From Candidatus Eiseniibacteriota bacterium (GTDB lineage Bacteria > Eisenbacteria > RBG-16-71-46 > JABDJR01): a DNA stretch of 64,000 nucleotides. Positions 1-9,492 of this stretch are shown here, piece after piece; position 1 is the stretch's first letter, and every line of letters starts with the position of its first letter. The stretch lies in the NCBI GenBank assembly GCA_963783375.1, contig CAWANH010000028.1:1792001-1856000 (forward strand), in the 5' to 3' direction. A model generated the notes under the pieces. That model was not told the DNA's origin, did not search any database, and was given only the letters and a program-made list of their open reading frames with translations. A program made the translations under genes and the position numbers.

Positions 1-45
1 ATCCATTCTCTCGTTAGCGAGTCACAGCCAAGGGGGATCAGGCTC

Positions 46-417
46 ATGCGCTCCAACCAGCCCTATCGCCGTATCTCTTTCTTCGCCATCGCCGGTCTGG
101 CCTTCTTCGCCCTGGCCGCCTCGGAACCCCAGTGCGCGCGGGTGGGGGATCAGGTCGTGTCTCCGGACGGCGCGTCCCTCAATAGCAACAAAGGTGGGGT
201 TTCGCAGTGCGTACGCGCCTGCGTCGACGAAGCCCAGCAGCGTCGTGCCGACGAGCTGGACCTTTACCAAGCCAACCTCGCGAGCTCTGGGGGCGACTGG
301 CAGGCTATTCAGGAAGAGGAAGTCCGTCACAATACGGTCATGCAGCAGATCGCCATGGACCAGCGTGACTGCAAGGCCCTTTGCCACAATCAGGGAGGCG
401 GGCACGGCGGGCAGTAG
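46..417 (+). CDS. Small secreted hypothetical protein with twin CX3C motif
   Basis: Basic then hydrophobic N-terminus (RRISFFAIAGLAFFALAA); CVRAC and CKALC motifs; GGGGGA upstream of the ATG; followed by a terminator-like hairpin. Confidence 0.75.
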   Translation: MRSNQPYRRISFFAIAGLAFFALAASEPQCARVGDQVVSPDGASLNSNKGGVSQCVRACVDEAQQRRADELDLYQANLASSGGDWQAIQEEEVRHNTVMQQIAMDQRDCKALCHNQGGGHGGQ

Positions 418-454
418 CTCCGGTTCCGTTCCCCCTCTGCTGAAAGCATTTGTG

Positions 455-494
455 ACCGTGGCACGCGGGCCCTACGCCGTGCGCCACGGTTTTT
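455..494 (+). terminator. Intrinsic terminator
   Basis: ACCGTGGCACGCGG...CCGTGCGCCACGGT stem followed by a T run. Confidence 0.65.
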
Positions 495-631
495 CTGTGC
501 CGGCGCCCGGAGCGCACGGCGCCCCGACCGCTCTCGATGGCCGTCCGGTCTTCCGGGGCATTCCCGTCCGCTCGAATGTCCACCGCTCCGGCCGGTTCGT
601 GACGGATCCGGGCCGAATTCTCCGCCCGCCA

Positions 632-653
632 ATGGATTTGTGATAAAATCCAT
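632..653. promoter_or_regulatory. Palindromic operator-like site upstream of the radical SAM gene
   Basis: ATGGATTT-GTGATA-AAATCCAT: perfect 8-bp inverted repeat, AT-rich, overlapping a TAAAAT -10-like hexamer. Confidence 0.45.
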
Positions 654-689
654 CCTCGTTCCGGTCGATCACCTCTTCACCAGGGCAAC

Positions 690-1883
690 ATGACGCGAAC
701 CATTCCAGACCACGCCACGGACACTCCGGCGCCCGGGGCGCCTCGGGAACCCTTCCACGCCGCGGCACCGGGATCCGCTCCCAAGGGACCGGGACCCCGT
801 CCGGATGCGCCACCGGCCCCGGTTCCGGATTCCCCCTCCCTCTTCCGCCACGCCGCCGCCCATCGGCGCATCGTGCCCGAGGACCTGCTCCTGGTCCTCA
901 CCTACCGGTGCAATTCCCGGTGCGTGATGTGCGGGATCTGGGAGGCGGACCAATCGGGCAAGGGGGAACTCACCCCAGAGGACTATGCCCGGGTCATCCC
1001 CGATACCCTCCTCAACGTGAACCTCACCGGAGGCGAGGTGTTCCTCCGGAACGACCTTCCCGCGGTGGTGGCCGCGGTGCGCTCCGCCGCTCCCCGGGCC
1101 AAGATCGTGATCTCCACCAACGGCCTTCAACCGCGCCGGACCCGTAAGATGATTCCGGAGATCCTGCGGGCGGATCCCGGGATCGGCTTCGCGGTCTCGA
1201 TCGACGGCGAAGAGGATGTTCACGACCGGGTACGCGGCATCCGGGGGGGATGGAAGAAGGCCTACGAGACCGTGCAGGTCCTCCAGGAGGAGGGAGTCAC
1301 CAACCTCCGCATCGCCTTCACCGCCACCGTGAACCAGGTCGCCGACAACACTTCGCACCTGGGGAAGATCTACGACCTCGCCCGCCGCACCGGGGTGGAG
1401 TTCACCTGCGCGGTGGCTCACAACTCCGACCACTACTTCAAGACGAGCTCCAACAAGGGGGTGAACGTCGACGAGCTGACCCGGCAGCTGGACTACGTGG
1501 CCGGGAACGAGCTCCGAAGCGGGAAGCTAAAGAGCTGGCTCCGCGCCTACTTCCACAAGGGCCTGGTGGAGCACGTCAAGGCCAACGTCCGGCCCACCCC
1601 GTGCGAGGCGGCCCATACCAGCCTCATGATCGATCCGGTGGGGGACGTCTATCCCTGCAACATCCTGAACCTGCCGGTGGGTAACGTCCGAAAGACCCCT
1701 TTCATGGAGATCTGGCGCTCCCGGAGGATGGAAGAGGTCCGGGACGTGGTACGGGGGTGCAACCAGCCCTGCTGGATGGTCTGCACCGCCCGGGCCAGCA
1801 TGCGCCGCGACAAGACCCAGGTGCTCTCCTGGGTGGCCGGGAACAAGGTCAAGGCCCATCTGGGTCGTTCCATCATCCGCTGA
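690..1883 (+). CDS. Radical SAM protein with SPASM/twitch domain
   Basis: CNSRCVMC (CX3CX2C), TGGE, STNG, SIDG motifs; C-terminal CEAA...DPVGDVYPC...CNQPCWMVC; Pro-rich N-terminus makes the start uncertain. Confidence 0.9.
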   Translation: MTRTIPDHATDTPAPGAPREPFHAAAPGSAPKGPGPRPDAPPAPVPDSPSLFRHAAAHRRIVPEDLLLVLTYRCNSRCVMCGIWEADQSGKGELTPEDYARVIPDTLLNVNLTGGEVFLRNDLPAVVAAVRSAAPRAKIVISTNGLQPRRTRKMIPEILRADPGIGFAVSIDGEEDVHDRVRGIRGGWKKAYETVQVLQEEGVTNLRIAFTATVNQVADNTSHLGKIYDLARRTGVEFTCAVAHNSDHYFKTSSNKGVNVDELTRQLDYVAGNELRSGKLKSWLRAYFHKGLVEHVKANVRPTPCEAAHTSLMIDPVGDVYPCNILNLPVGNVRKTPFMEIWRSRRMEEVRDVVRGCNQPCWMVCTARASMRRDKTQVLSWVAGNKVKAHLGRSIIR

Positions 1884-2150
1884 CCCCCCACCACGGCTCC
1901 TCGGTCCCGCCTTCCCTTCGCCGACCTTCCTCCCTCGCCACCGACCTGCCGTCAGCGTTTCCGCGACAGGGCCTCGGACCGGTCGGAGGAGCCCGAGATT
2001 CCCGGCCCCTCCCGGCTGCGCCAAATGGCGCAATTTGCCATCGCCGCCACTCCGGGATCAAGTTCGGAGCGAACCAGGACGATAGTTGAAGGGACAGGGG
2101 ATCGTGGCCCTGGGCCCCCGCCCACCTCCGACAATGGGATCTTGACTGGC

Positions 2151-2930
2151 GTGAATATCGAAGCCCTCATCCTCGCCGAGACCGGCAGCCTTCGACTCCG
2201 TCCACTGACGGAGCATCTTCCCACCTGTCTGGTGCCGGTGGGGGGGACCCCCATCCTCGATCACGTGATCCAGGCGCTCCACAGCGCCGGGGTGGACCAC
2301 ATCACGGTCATCGGAGGATACCGATCGGCCCAGGTGGAGCAGGCCTGCCGGGCGTACGGCGACGTGCGATTCTGCATGAACACCCGCTATTCGCGGGCGG
2401 AGCCCCGCCTGAGCACGCTCCGGGCGGCGGGGGCCATGCCGCCGCGCTCCCTGCTCCTGGTGAGGGGCGAGATGGTATTCGACGGAGTCATGATCGAGCA
2501 GCTCGTGCGGGGAGGCGATGGGAATCGGGTGGTGGTGGACGCGGCGGGTGATCCGGCCGGAATCTGGTGGCTGACCGCCCGCACCGCCGCGGCTCTGTTC
2601 GCCGCCGCCGGGGACGAGGGAGCCCAGCTCGACTCGGTGGAAGGGCTCTACGACGCGCTTCGGGACGTCCTGGAGCGGCACGGACACGAGCCCGTTGCGG
2701 TCAACGGGCATCCCTGGGCCCGGGTCGACACCATGGAAGACCTGGCCCGGGCGCTCAAGGCGCATCGTCAGGTGGCCGAGGCCCGGGTGGCCCGCCACCA
2801 GGAGCGCCTCCGGGTCGAATCCCCCTCAATGCACCCCGCCCGGCCCAACCCTCCGCGGCTTCCCACCCCCCCGATCCCCCCGGCCCGCGCCAACCTGCCC
2901 CGCACGGAGATGAAGCCGATCCACCCCTGA
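2151..2930 (+). CDS. Nucleotidyltransferase-like protein (degenerate)
   Basis: ALILAETGSLRLRPLT...P.CLVPVGGTPILDH...W..VDT.EDL matches the NTP_transferase fold; GTG start at 2151 inferred. Confidence 0.7.
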   Translation: MNIEALILAETGSLRLRPLTEHLPTCLVPVGGTPILDHVIQALHSAGVDHITVIGGYRSAQVEQACRAYGDVRFCMNTRYSRAEPRLSTLRAAGAMPPRSLLLVRGEMVFDGVMIEQLVRGGDGNRVVVDAAGDPAGIWWLTARTAAALFAAAGDEGAQLDSVEGLYDALRDVLERHGHEPVAVNGHPWARVDTMEDLARALKAHRQVAEARVARHQERLRVESPSMHPARPNPPRLPTPPIPPARANLPRTEMKPIHP

Positions 2931-3110
2931 TTTCGCCGTCCTTGCCGGGCGCTCGAGTCGCGTTACGGCTGTTGTTGGATAAGGTTGCGGCATGGTACGC
3001 TCTATGGCGAATAAGCCACGCCAACCGGTGCAAAATGGGGTTTCAGGGGGGCTGTACACCCCGCTCTTCCGCCCAACCGGGAGACCCCCCCAAGGACGAA
3101 ATCACAGACC

Positions 3111-4655
3111 ATGACCGCCTGGATCCGAGACCTCTCCGCGCGACAGGTCGCCAGCACGGATTCGATCAGCCCCTCTTCCTTCCCGACCCCCCCGGTGATG
3201 GAGCCCCTTCCCCGTACCCGGGTCATCGTGGCCTTGGCCCTGGTCGATTTCGTGGCCGTAGCCGCCGCGTTCTGGGGAGCGCACCTTCTGCGCGATTCCT
3301 CCCAGGCCCTGGGGCACGCCGCGCGCGTGGCCGTCGCCTCGCTGGCCCTGGCGACGCTGGGAGTGGGCGTGTTCGGGGTGAACGGCCTCTACGACCCGAG
3401 GGTCGTCGCCCGCGGTGGACGGCAAAGCGCGCCGCTCTTCGGATCCTGGATGATGCTGATGGGCCTGGCCATCCTCGGCATCTTCCTGGCCAAGGCCGAT
3501 TCCCCGCTCCGTTCGCGCCTGGCTCTCTTCCTCTTCTTCCTCTTGGGATCCGCCCTCACCTCGGCGGTCCGCGCGGGTGGATGGCGGCCCTGGCTCACCG
3601 CCCGCTATGGACGGCGGCTCCGGGGAGCCCGGGTGATCGTGGGCACCGGCAAGCTGGCGCGGCGAGCCGCCTCCCTCGCCGCCGAGCAGGGGGAGGCCGA
3701 ACCCTATCTCGTGGGATTCGTGGACGACCTGACCGATCCCGGAACCGGATTCCGCAATCCCGCGCCCCGGGGGCTCTCCGAACCCTTCCTGGGAGGCCTC
3801 AACGAGGTGCGTCATCTCGCCCGGGAGCATCGCATCACCCAGGTGATGGTGGCCCGGGAGGACCTCTCGAGGGGCCGGCTGGTGGAGCTGGCCCACGACT
3901 GGCTCGACGAGGGGCTTCGGGTGATCCTGGTCTCGAGCGCGTTCGAGGTCATGGTGGCGCGCGCCTCGGCGGGACTCCTGGGCGGCGTTCCCCTGGTGGA
4001 GCTCCGCCGATCGCCGCAACGGGGCTGGGGTCTCACCGCCAAGCGCGTCCTCGACGTTACCTCGGTGACCGCCGGGGGGATCGTGCTCCTTCCCCTTCTG
4101 GCTCTCATCGCCGCGGCCATCAAGCTTACCTCGCCCGGCCCGGTACTCTACAAGCAGGAGCGGGTGGGGCGACAGGGCAGGCGCTTCGTCCTGTACAAGT
4201 TCCGGAGCATGGTGGTGAACAACGATGACGAGGCCCACCGGAACTACGTGAAGTCGCTCATGCGGGGGAATGCGGCGGGGGTCGATGAGCGCGGGCGCAA
4301 GGTCTACAAGATGATGGACGATCCCCGGGTGACCCCGATCGGACGCTTCCTCAGGCGGGCCAGCCTGGACGAGCTGCCGCAGCTCTGGAACGTCTTCCGG
4401 GGGGACATGAGCCTGGTGGGGCCCCGGCCCTGCCTTCCCTACGAGTGGGACCTGTACGAGGAATGGCAGCGTCATCGCCTCGACGTGGTTCCCGGCATCA
4501 CCGGCCTGTGGCAGGTCACCGGCCGGAGCCAGGTCTCCTTCGAGGAGATGGTCCTTCTCGACCTGCACTACATCACGAATTGGTCCCTGGGCCTGGATCT
4601 GGCCCTGTTGACCCGCACCATACCCGTCGTGATCCACGGAAGCGGGGGGCATTGA
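3111..4655 (+). CDS. Priming polyprenyl glycosylphosphotransferase (WcaJ/WbaP-like sugar transferase)
   Basis: N-terminal TM helices, [55 protein letters not shown]. Confidence 0.95.
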   Translation: MTAWIRDLSARQVASTDSISPSSFPTPPVMEPLPRTRVIVALALVDFVAVAAAFWGAHLLRDSSQALGHAARVAVASLALATLGVGVFGVNGLYDPRVVARGGRQSAPLFGSWMMLMGLAILGIFLAKADSPLRSRLALFLFFLLGSALTSAVRAGGWRPWLTARYGRRLRGARVIVGTGKLARRAASLAAEQGEAEPYLVGFVDDLTDPGTGFRNPAPRGLSEPFLGGLNEVRHLAREHRITQVMVAREDLSRGRLVELAHDWLDEGLRVILVSSAFEVMVARASAGLLGGVPLVELRRSPQRGWGLTAKRVLDVTSVTAGGIVLLPLLALIAAAIKLTSPGPVLYKQERVGRQGRRFVLYKFRSMVVNNDDEAHRNYVKSLMRGNAAGVDERGRKVYKMMDDPRVTPIGRFLRRASLDELPQLWNVFRGDMSLVGPRPCLPYEWDLYEEWQRHRLDVVPGITGLWQVTGRSQVSFEEMVLLDLHYITNWSLGLDLALLTRTIPVVIHGSGGH

Positions 4656-4693
4656 GAGATGGTGGGGGGGGCGCGGCAATCAGGAGTGTGCGC

Positions 4694-5737
4694 ATGGTGA
4701 AGGTCGGCGTGGTCGGATGCGGATATTGGGGCCCGAACCTGATCCGGAATCTGGTGGAGAACCGCCGGTGCGAGGGCGTGGTGGTCTGCGACCTGGAGCA
4801 ATCCCGGCTGGACTACGTCCGCCAGAGGTTCCCGGTGGCCGGCACCACCCTCGACATCCAGGAGATCCTGGACGATCCCGCGATCCCGGCGGTGGTGATC
4901 GCCACCCCGCTCTCCACCCACTTCGACCTGGCCCGCCGCGCCCTCGGCGCGGGGAAACACGTCTTCGTGGAGAAGCCCTTCGCCCACACCTCGGTCCAGG
5001 CCCAGGCGCTGATCGACCTGGCCAAGGCCTCGGGGAAGGTGATCATGGTCGGTCACACCTTCGAGTACTCGCCCGCGGTTCGGAAGATCGGCGAGGTGAT
5101 CCGTTCCGGTGAACTCGGCGACGTGTATTACATCTCGTCCACACGGGTGAATCTCGGACTGCACCAGAAGGACGTCTCGGTGGTCTGGGATCTTGCCCCC
5201 CACGATCTTTCCATGATCTTTGCCTGGCTGGGGGAGCACCCGGTCCAGGTGGTGGCGGTGGGACGGGACTACGTCCAGCCCGGGCTTCCCGACGTGGCTT
5301 TCATCGACCTCATCTTCGGTTCCGGCGTCCTGGCCCACGTCCAGGTGTCGTGGCTCTCTCCCTCCAAGCTCCGGAACACCACCATCGTGGGATCCCGGAA
5401 GATGCTGGTCTACGACGACACCGAACACCTGGAAAAGGTGAAGATCTTCGACAAGGGAGTGAACTACCGCGATCCCGAGACGTTCGGCGAGTACCAGCTT
5501 TCCTACCGGGCCGGAGACATCGTCTCCCCCAAGCTCGACTCCTACGAACCGCTCCAGGCCGAAGTGGACGACTACCTCCGGGCCATCCAGGAGAAGGGGA
5601 CCCCGGGGGTGGACGGATATTCGGGGCTCCGGGTGGTGCGGGTGCTGGAAGCGGCGGAGCGCTCGCTCCTGAACGGCGGTCGCCCCGAGACCCTGTCCTG
5701 GGAGGCGCCGCCTTCTCCCTCCCGCATCAAGGTCTGA
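4694..5737 (+). CDS. Gfo/Idh/MocA family oxidoreductase (NDP-sugar dehydrogenase-like)
   Basis: VGVVGCGYWG, KHVFVEKP, DLAPHD; AGGAG RBS before ATG 4694. Confidence 0.9.
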   Translation: MVKVGVVGCGYWGPNLIRNLVENRRCEGVVVCDLEQSRLDYVRQRFPVAGTTLDIQEILDDPAIPAVVIATPLSTHFDLARRALGAGKHVFVEKPFAHTSVQAQALIDLAKASGKVIMVGHTFEYSPAVRKIGEVIRSGELGDVYYISSTRVNLGLHQKDVSVVWDLAPHDLSMIFAWLGEHPVQVVAVGRDYVQPGLPDVAFIDLIFGSGVLAHVQVSWLSPSKLRNTTIVGSRKMLVYDDTEHLEKVKIFDKGVNYRDPETFGEYQLSYRAGDIVSPKLDSYEPLQAEVDDYLRAIQEKGTPGVDGYSGLRVVRVLEAAERSLLNGGRPETLSWEAPPSPSRIKV

Positions 5738-5750
5738 GGGGAGCGCGCCG

Positions 5751-6407
5751 GTGGAATCCCGCATCTACGAGAACGTGCGCCTGGGCGAGGGCGCGATCGT
5801 CCACCCGCCGGTCATCCTCGGTTTCCCTCCGCGGGGACGCGAGGAGGGTGAACTTCCCCTGATCATCGGCCCCGGGGCGGTGATCCGCCCCTTCACCACC
5901 ATCTACGCCGGCAGCACCTTCGGGGCCCGGCTCAACACCGGCCAGGGCGCCTCCATCCGGGAGGAGAACGTCCTCGGCGACGACTGCTCGGTGGGGACCC
6001 ACGCGGTGCTGGAGTATGGGAACCGGGTGGGGAACGGAAGCCGCATCCACAGCGGGTGTTTCCTGGAGCAGGTGACTCTGGGCGAGCAGGTATTCCTGGG
6101 TCCCAACGTGGTCTTCACCGACGATCCCCATCCCCCCTGCCCCCGTTACAAGGAGTGCAAGGGGGGGGCGATCGTGGAGGATCTGGTGAAGATCGGGGCC
6201 AACGCCACCATTCTCCCCGGGGTGCGGATCGGACGGAACAGCCTGGTGGGCGCGGGCTCGGTCGTGACCGCCGACGTCCCGCCCGGAGTGGTGGTGGCCG
6301 GTTCCCCCGCCCGCATCGTGAAGCGGATCGACGAGCTCACCTGCTACCCCGGTCTCTTCGAACATCCCTACGAGTGGGAACCCTACGGCTCCGGCGGCAA
6401 GCGCTGA
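5751..6407 (+). CDS. Hexapeptide-repeat acyltransferase (sugar N-acetyltransferase-like)
   Basis: Left-handed beta-helix repeats, FLGPNVVFTDD, IGANATILPGVRIG, GAGSVVT.DVP..VVAGSPAR. Confidence 0.88.
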   Translation: MESRIYENVRLGEGAIVHPPVILGFPPRGREEGELPLIIGPGAVIRPFTTIYAGSTFGARLNTGQGASIREENVLGDDCSVGTHAVLEYGNRVGNGSRIHSGCFLEQVTLGEQVFLGPNVVFTDDPHPPCPRYKECKGGAIVEDLVKIGANATILPGVRIGRNSLVGAGSVVTADVPPGVVVAGSPARIVKRIDELTCYPGLFEHPYEWEPYGSGGKR

Positions 6408-6426
6408 CGACCTGCTTCCCGTGGGC

Positions 6427-6435
6427 TGCTAAGAT
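6427..6435 (+). promoter_or_regulatory. Extended -10 promoter for the M24 peptidase
   Basis: TGCTAAGAT (TGn-TAAGAT). Confidence 0.35.
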
Positions 6436-6504
6436 GGACTCCGGGTTCCGCGCCGGCGGCTCGGGACCGCGCCCCCGGCACCCGTAGGGAAAGGAGCCGC
6501 TTCC

Positions 6505-7698
6505 ATGCAGTACACCCCGCGCTCCGAGCTCGAGGCCCGTCTGGTCAAGGTGCAGTCCAAGCTCCGGAACCGGGAACTGGACGGCGCCCTGATCCTCCAG
6601 AAGGCGGATCTCTTCTACCTCACCGGAACGGTCCAGGCCGGTGCGCTGTTCGTTCCCATCGACGGGGAGCCGATCTTCGCGGTGCGGCGCTCGGTGCACC
6701 GCGCCCGCACCGAGAGCGCGTGGCGGGAGATCGTCCCCCTCCCCCGGATGTCGGATCTTCCCGCGATCCTCTCCGGCCGGGGCTACGGGTCCTTTTCCCG
6801 GTTGGGTCTCGAGTTGGACGTGCTCCCCGCCGCGATCTATCTCCAGCTCACCCGCCTCTTCGAGGGGACGGAGTTCGGCGACGTGAGCCCGATCCTGCGC
6901 GAGGTGCGCATGGTAAAGAGCGCCTACGAGATCGAACGGATCGAGCGGGCGGCCGAACAGCTCCGCACCGTCTTCGCCGAGATTCCGGAGATGATGAAGG
7001 AGGGATGCGAGCGCGAGATCGACCTGGCCGCCCGGATCGAGGGCGCGCTCCGCCGCCGCCGGCACCAGGGGCTCATCCGGGTGCGCCGGTTCGGCATGGA
7101 GATGTACATGGGGGCGGTGAGCGCGGGGGGCAGCGCGTCCTATCCCACCGACTTCGAGGGGGCGGACGGGGTGGAGGGGCTCTATCCCGCGGTGCCTCAG
7201 AGCGGGGGAGAGCGCCTGCTCCGCCGGGGAGAGCCGATCATGGTGGATCTCTGCGGGGGGTACGACGGGTACATCGCGGACAAGACCCGCATCTTCGTTC
7301 CCGGCGGCCTCCGGGACGAGGAGATGCTTCGCGCCCACCACTTCTGCCTCCAGCTCCAGGCCGAGGTGAAGGCCCGCATGCGTCCCGGGGCCCACACCGG
7401 GAAGCTCTACCAGGCCATCGAGGAGATCGCCCGGGAGTCCCCTTTCGCCGCCAACTTCATGGGATACGGCGACAACCGCACCCGGTTCGTGGGGCATGGG
7501 GTGGGGCTGGAACTCGACGAACTCCCCGTCCTCACCGCCAAGAGCGACGTGGTGCTGAAGGAGGGGATGGTGGTGGCGGTGGAGCCCAAGGTCTTCTTCG
7601 GCGATCGCGGCGGGGTGGGAATCGAGAACACCTGGCTCGTCACCCAGGATGGGTGCCGGAACCTGACCGCCGATTCGGACGAGATCGTCGCGGTCTGA
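6505..7698 (+). CDS. Xaa-Pro peptidase, M24 family
   Basis: Creatinase-like N-domain; metal ligands VD..GY.AD.TR, GHGVGLE, AVEPK, GIENT; AAGGAG RBS. Confidence 0.9.
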   Translation: MQYTPRSELEARLVKVQSKLRNRELDGALILQKADLFYLTGTVQAGALFVPIDGEPIFAVRRSVHRARTESAWREIVPLPRMSDLPAILSGRGYGSFSRLGLELDVLPAAIYLQLTRLFEGTEFGDVSPILREVRMVKSAYEIERIERAAEQLRTVFAEIPEMMKEGCEREIDLAARIEGALRRRRHQGLIRVRRFGMEMYMGAVSAGGSASYPTDFEGADGVEGLYPAVPQSGGERLLRRGEPIMVDLCGGYDGYIADKTRIFVPGGLRDEEMLRAHHFCLQLQAEVKARMRPGAHTGKLYQAIEEIARESPFAANFMGYGDNRTRFVGHGVGLELDELPVLTAKSDVVLKEGMVVAVEPKVFFGDRGGVGIENTWLVTQDGCRNLTADSDEIVAV

Positions 7699-7743
7699 AC
7701 CGGAGTCCGGCGTGGTCCGGATCGGCCGGAGTCCGGAGGCCGG

Positions 7744-8496
7744 TCAGGCCAGGTCGGCTTCCATCCACCGGCGGACCTCCGCCGCCGCCTCCGCCCAGTC
7801 GACGCCCGGGGAGAGATGCTCCCGTTCCAGGTGGGTGGCCAGGGCGGGCATGGGGGATACCAGGCGCCGCCGCGGAAACCGGAGCCGGTAGCCCCCCAAT
7901 CCCTGGACCGCCCGCCAGATCCCCCGGTCGTCGGGAATGGGCCCCCGGGTCTTCCATCGGTGGATCCAGGCGTCCCTCCGGAGCGCGCCCAGACGGACGC
8001 CATAGGTGAGGCAGGTGCTCTCCACCGTCCGCCAGTGGCGCCCCCCCCCGAAGAAGATCCGGACCCGTCCGCGGTCGGCGTCGTCGTCCCGCCGATAGCG
8101 ATCGGGATGATCGTAGAGGGTGAAGTAGGAGGCCGCCGGGATCTCCCCCGCGGCCCTGGAAAGGGTACCAAGGGCCTCCGGAAGGTAGAGATAGTCGTCT
8201 TCCGCCAGATAGACCAGGTCGTTCTCCGGCCACTCCCGGGAGAGGGCCTCGTCGAGCGCCCGGCGATAGGAGCCGCTGTTCCCGAGCCCGGGAAGCTCCA
8301 GGATCTCGCCGGCCGCCCGCATCCATCCCACGAGATCGCCGGAGATGGGGCCGTCGTTCAGGAAGAGCACGTCCGCCTCCTGACCGGCTTCCCGCAGTGC
8401 GCGCAGAAACGACGCCAGGGCCGTGGCCTTGTCGAAGAAGTGGGGCCGGTTCTTCCGGTTGGCGGCTCCGGCGGATCGATAGAGGATGTGGATCAT
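7744..8496 (-). CDS. Hypothetical GT-A-like glycosyltransferase
   Basis: FLNDG, GNSGS, VYLAEDDYLY (DXD-like), TLYDHPDRY, ATH; start MIHILYRS inferred. Confidence 0.6.
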   Translation of the reverse strand: MIHILYRSAGAANRKNRPHFFDKATALASFLRALREAGQEADVLFLNDGPISGDLVGWMRAAGEILELPGLGNSGSYRRALDEALSREWPENDLVYLAEDDYLYLPEALGTLSRAAGEIPAASYFTLYDHPDRYRRDDDADRGRVRIFFGGGRHWRTVESTCLTYGVRLGALRRDAWIHRWKTRGPIPDDRGIWRAVQGLGGYRLRFPRRRLVSPMPALATHLEREHLSPGVDWAEAAAEVRRWMEADLA

Positions 8497-8584
8497 CGCT
8501 CCAGACGATACAGCGGACGGCCGCGCGGGCCAACTCCAAGACGGCCGGGACGCCGGCTCCGCTTTTTGGTAGACTCCTCCGGCC

Positions 8585-9490
8585 ATGTCCGACCGCACCG
8601 GGCCCGCCGCCCCTTCCGGGCCCCCTCACCGCTACGTCCTCATCTCGGTGGTCCGGGACGAGGAGGCGTTCTTCCCTCGCACCCTGGCCTCGGTCGTCGC
8701 GCAGACCGTGCTCCCGGCGGCGTGGTTCGTGGTGGATGACGGTTCCCGGGACCGGACCCCCGCCATCCTGGCCCGGGCCGCCGGCGAACACTCCTGGATC
8801 ACCGTGCTCACCGAGCCCCGGAGCGAGTCCCGGGTGGCGGGCGAGGCGGCGGGGCGGGGTTTCAACCTGGCGCTCCCCCGGGTGTGGTCCCAGGAACCCG
8901 ATGCGGTGGGGATGCTGGACGGGGACACCGAGCTCCCCCCGGCCTACTACGAGACCCTGTTGGGCGCCCTGGGCGACGATCCGGAGCTGGGCATCGTGGG
9001 GGGGCATGCGGTGGAGCCCCATCGGGACGGGAGCTGGGGTCGGGTGCGGATTCCCGGGTACCACGTGCACGGGGCCACCAAGTTCTACCGGCGCGCCTGC
9101 CTCGAGCAGATCGGGGAGCAGGTGGTGGGGACGGGATGGGACACCGCGGACATCGTGCGCGCGCGGCTCGCGGGGTGGACCACGCGGACGGTCGGCGAAC
9201 TGACCTTCCGCCATCTGCGGGTCTCCGGCACCGCGCTGGGGGTTCGCCGCGGCCCCTACAACCGCGGCCGGGCGGCCTACCTGACCGGATACCATCCCCT
9301 CTTCGCCGGGCTCCGGGCGGTGAGAAACATGTTCCGCCCTCCGTACCTGAGCGGGGGGGTCCATTTCCTCCGGGGTTTTCTCTCCGGGTACCGGGAGCGG
9401 GCGCCCCGGGTCCTCTCCCCCCGCGAGATCCGCTGCTTCCGCCGGGAGCAGATGCGGGCCCTGACCGGACGGTCGTCCTGGTGGCGGTAA
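8585..9490 (+). CDS. Glycosyltransferase family 2
   Basis: VVRDE, VVDDGSRDRT, LDGD, GWDT.D. Confidence 0.9.
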   Translation: MSDRTGPAAPSGPPHRYVLISVVRDEEAFFPRTLASVVAQTVLPAAWFVVDDGSRDRTPAILARAAGEHSWITVLTEPRSESRVAGEAAGRGFNLALPRVWSQEPDAVGMLDGDTELPPAYYETLLGALGDDPELGIVGGHAVEPHRDGSWGRVRIPGYHVHGATKFYRRACLEQIGEQVVGTGWDTADIVRARLAGWTTRTVGELTFRHLRVSGTALGVRRGPYNRGRAAYLTGYHPLFAGLRAVRNMFRPPYLSGGVHFLRGFLSGYRERAPRVLSPREIRCFRREQMRALTGRSSWWR

Positions 9491-9492
9491 GC

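Noticed and set aside
46-1883. RiPP cluster (Cys-rich precursor + SPASM maturase)
   Set aside because: The small protein has a secretion signal and its own terminator; there is no RRE, peptidase or transporter; the enzyme fits the downstream sugar locus better
2025-2041. ATGGCGCAATTTGCCAT as a sigma-54 promoter
   Set aside because: GG-to-GC spacing is 2 nt too short; it is only a weak palindrome
2993-3007. TGGTACGCTCTATGG as a sigma-54 promoter for the priming transferase
   Set aside because: The -24 box is plausible but -12 reads GG rather than GC; too weak to call
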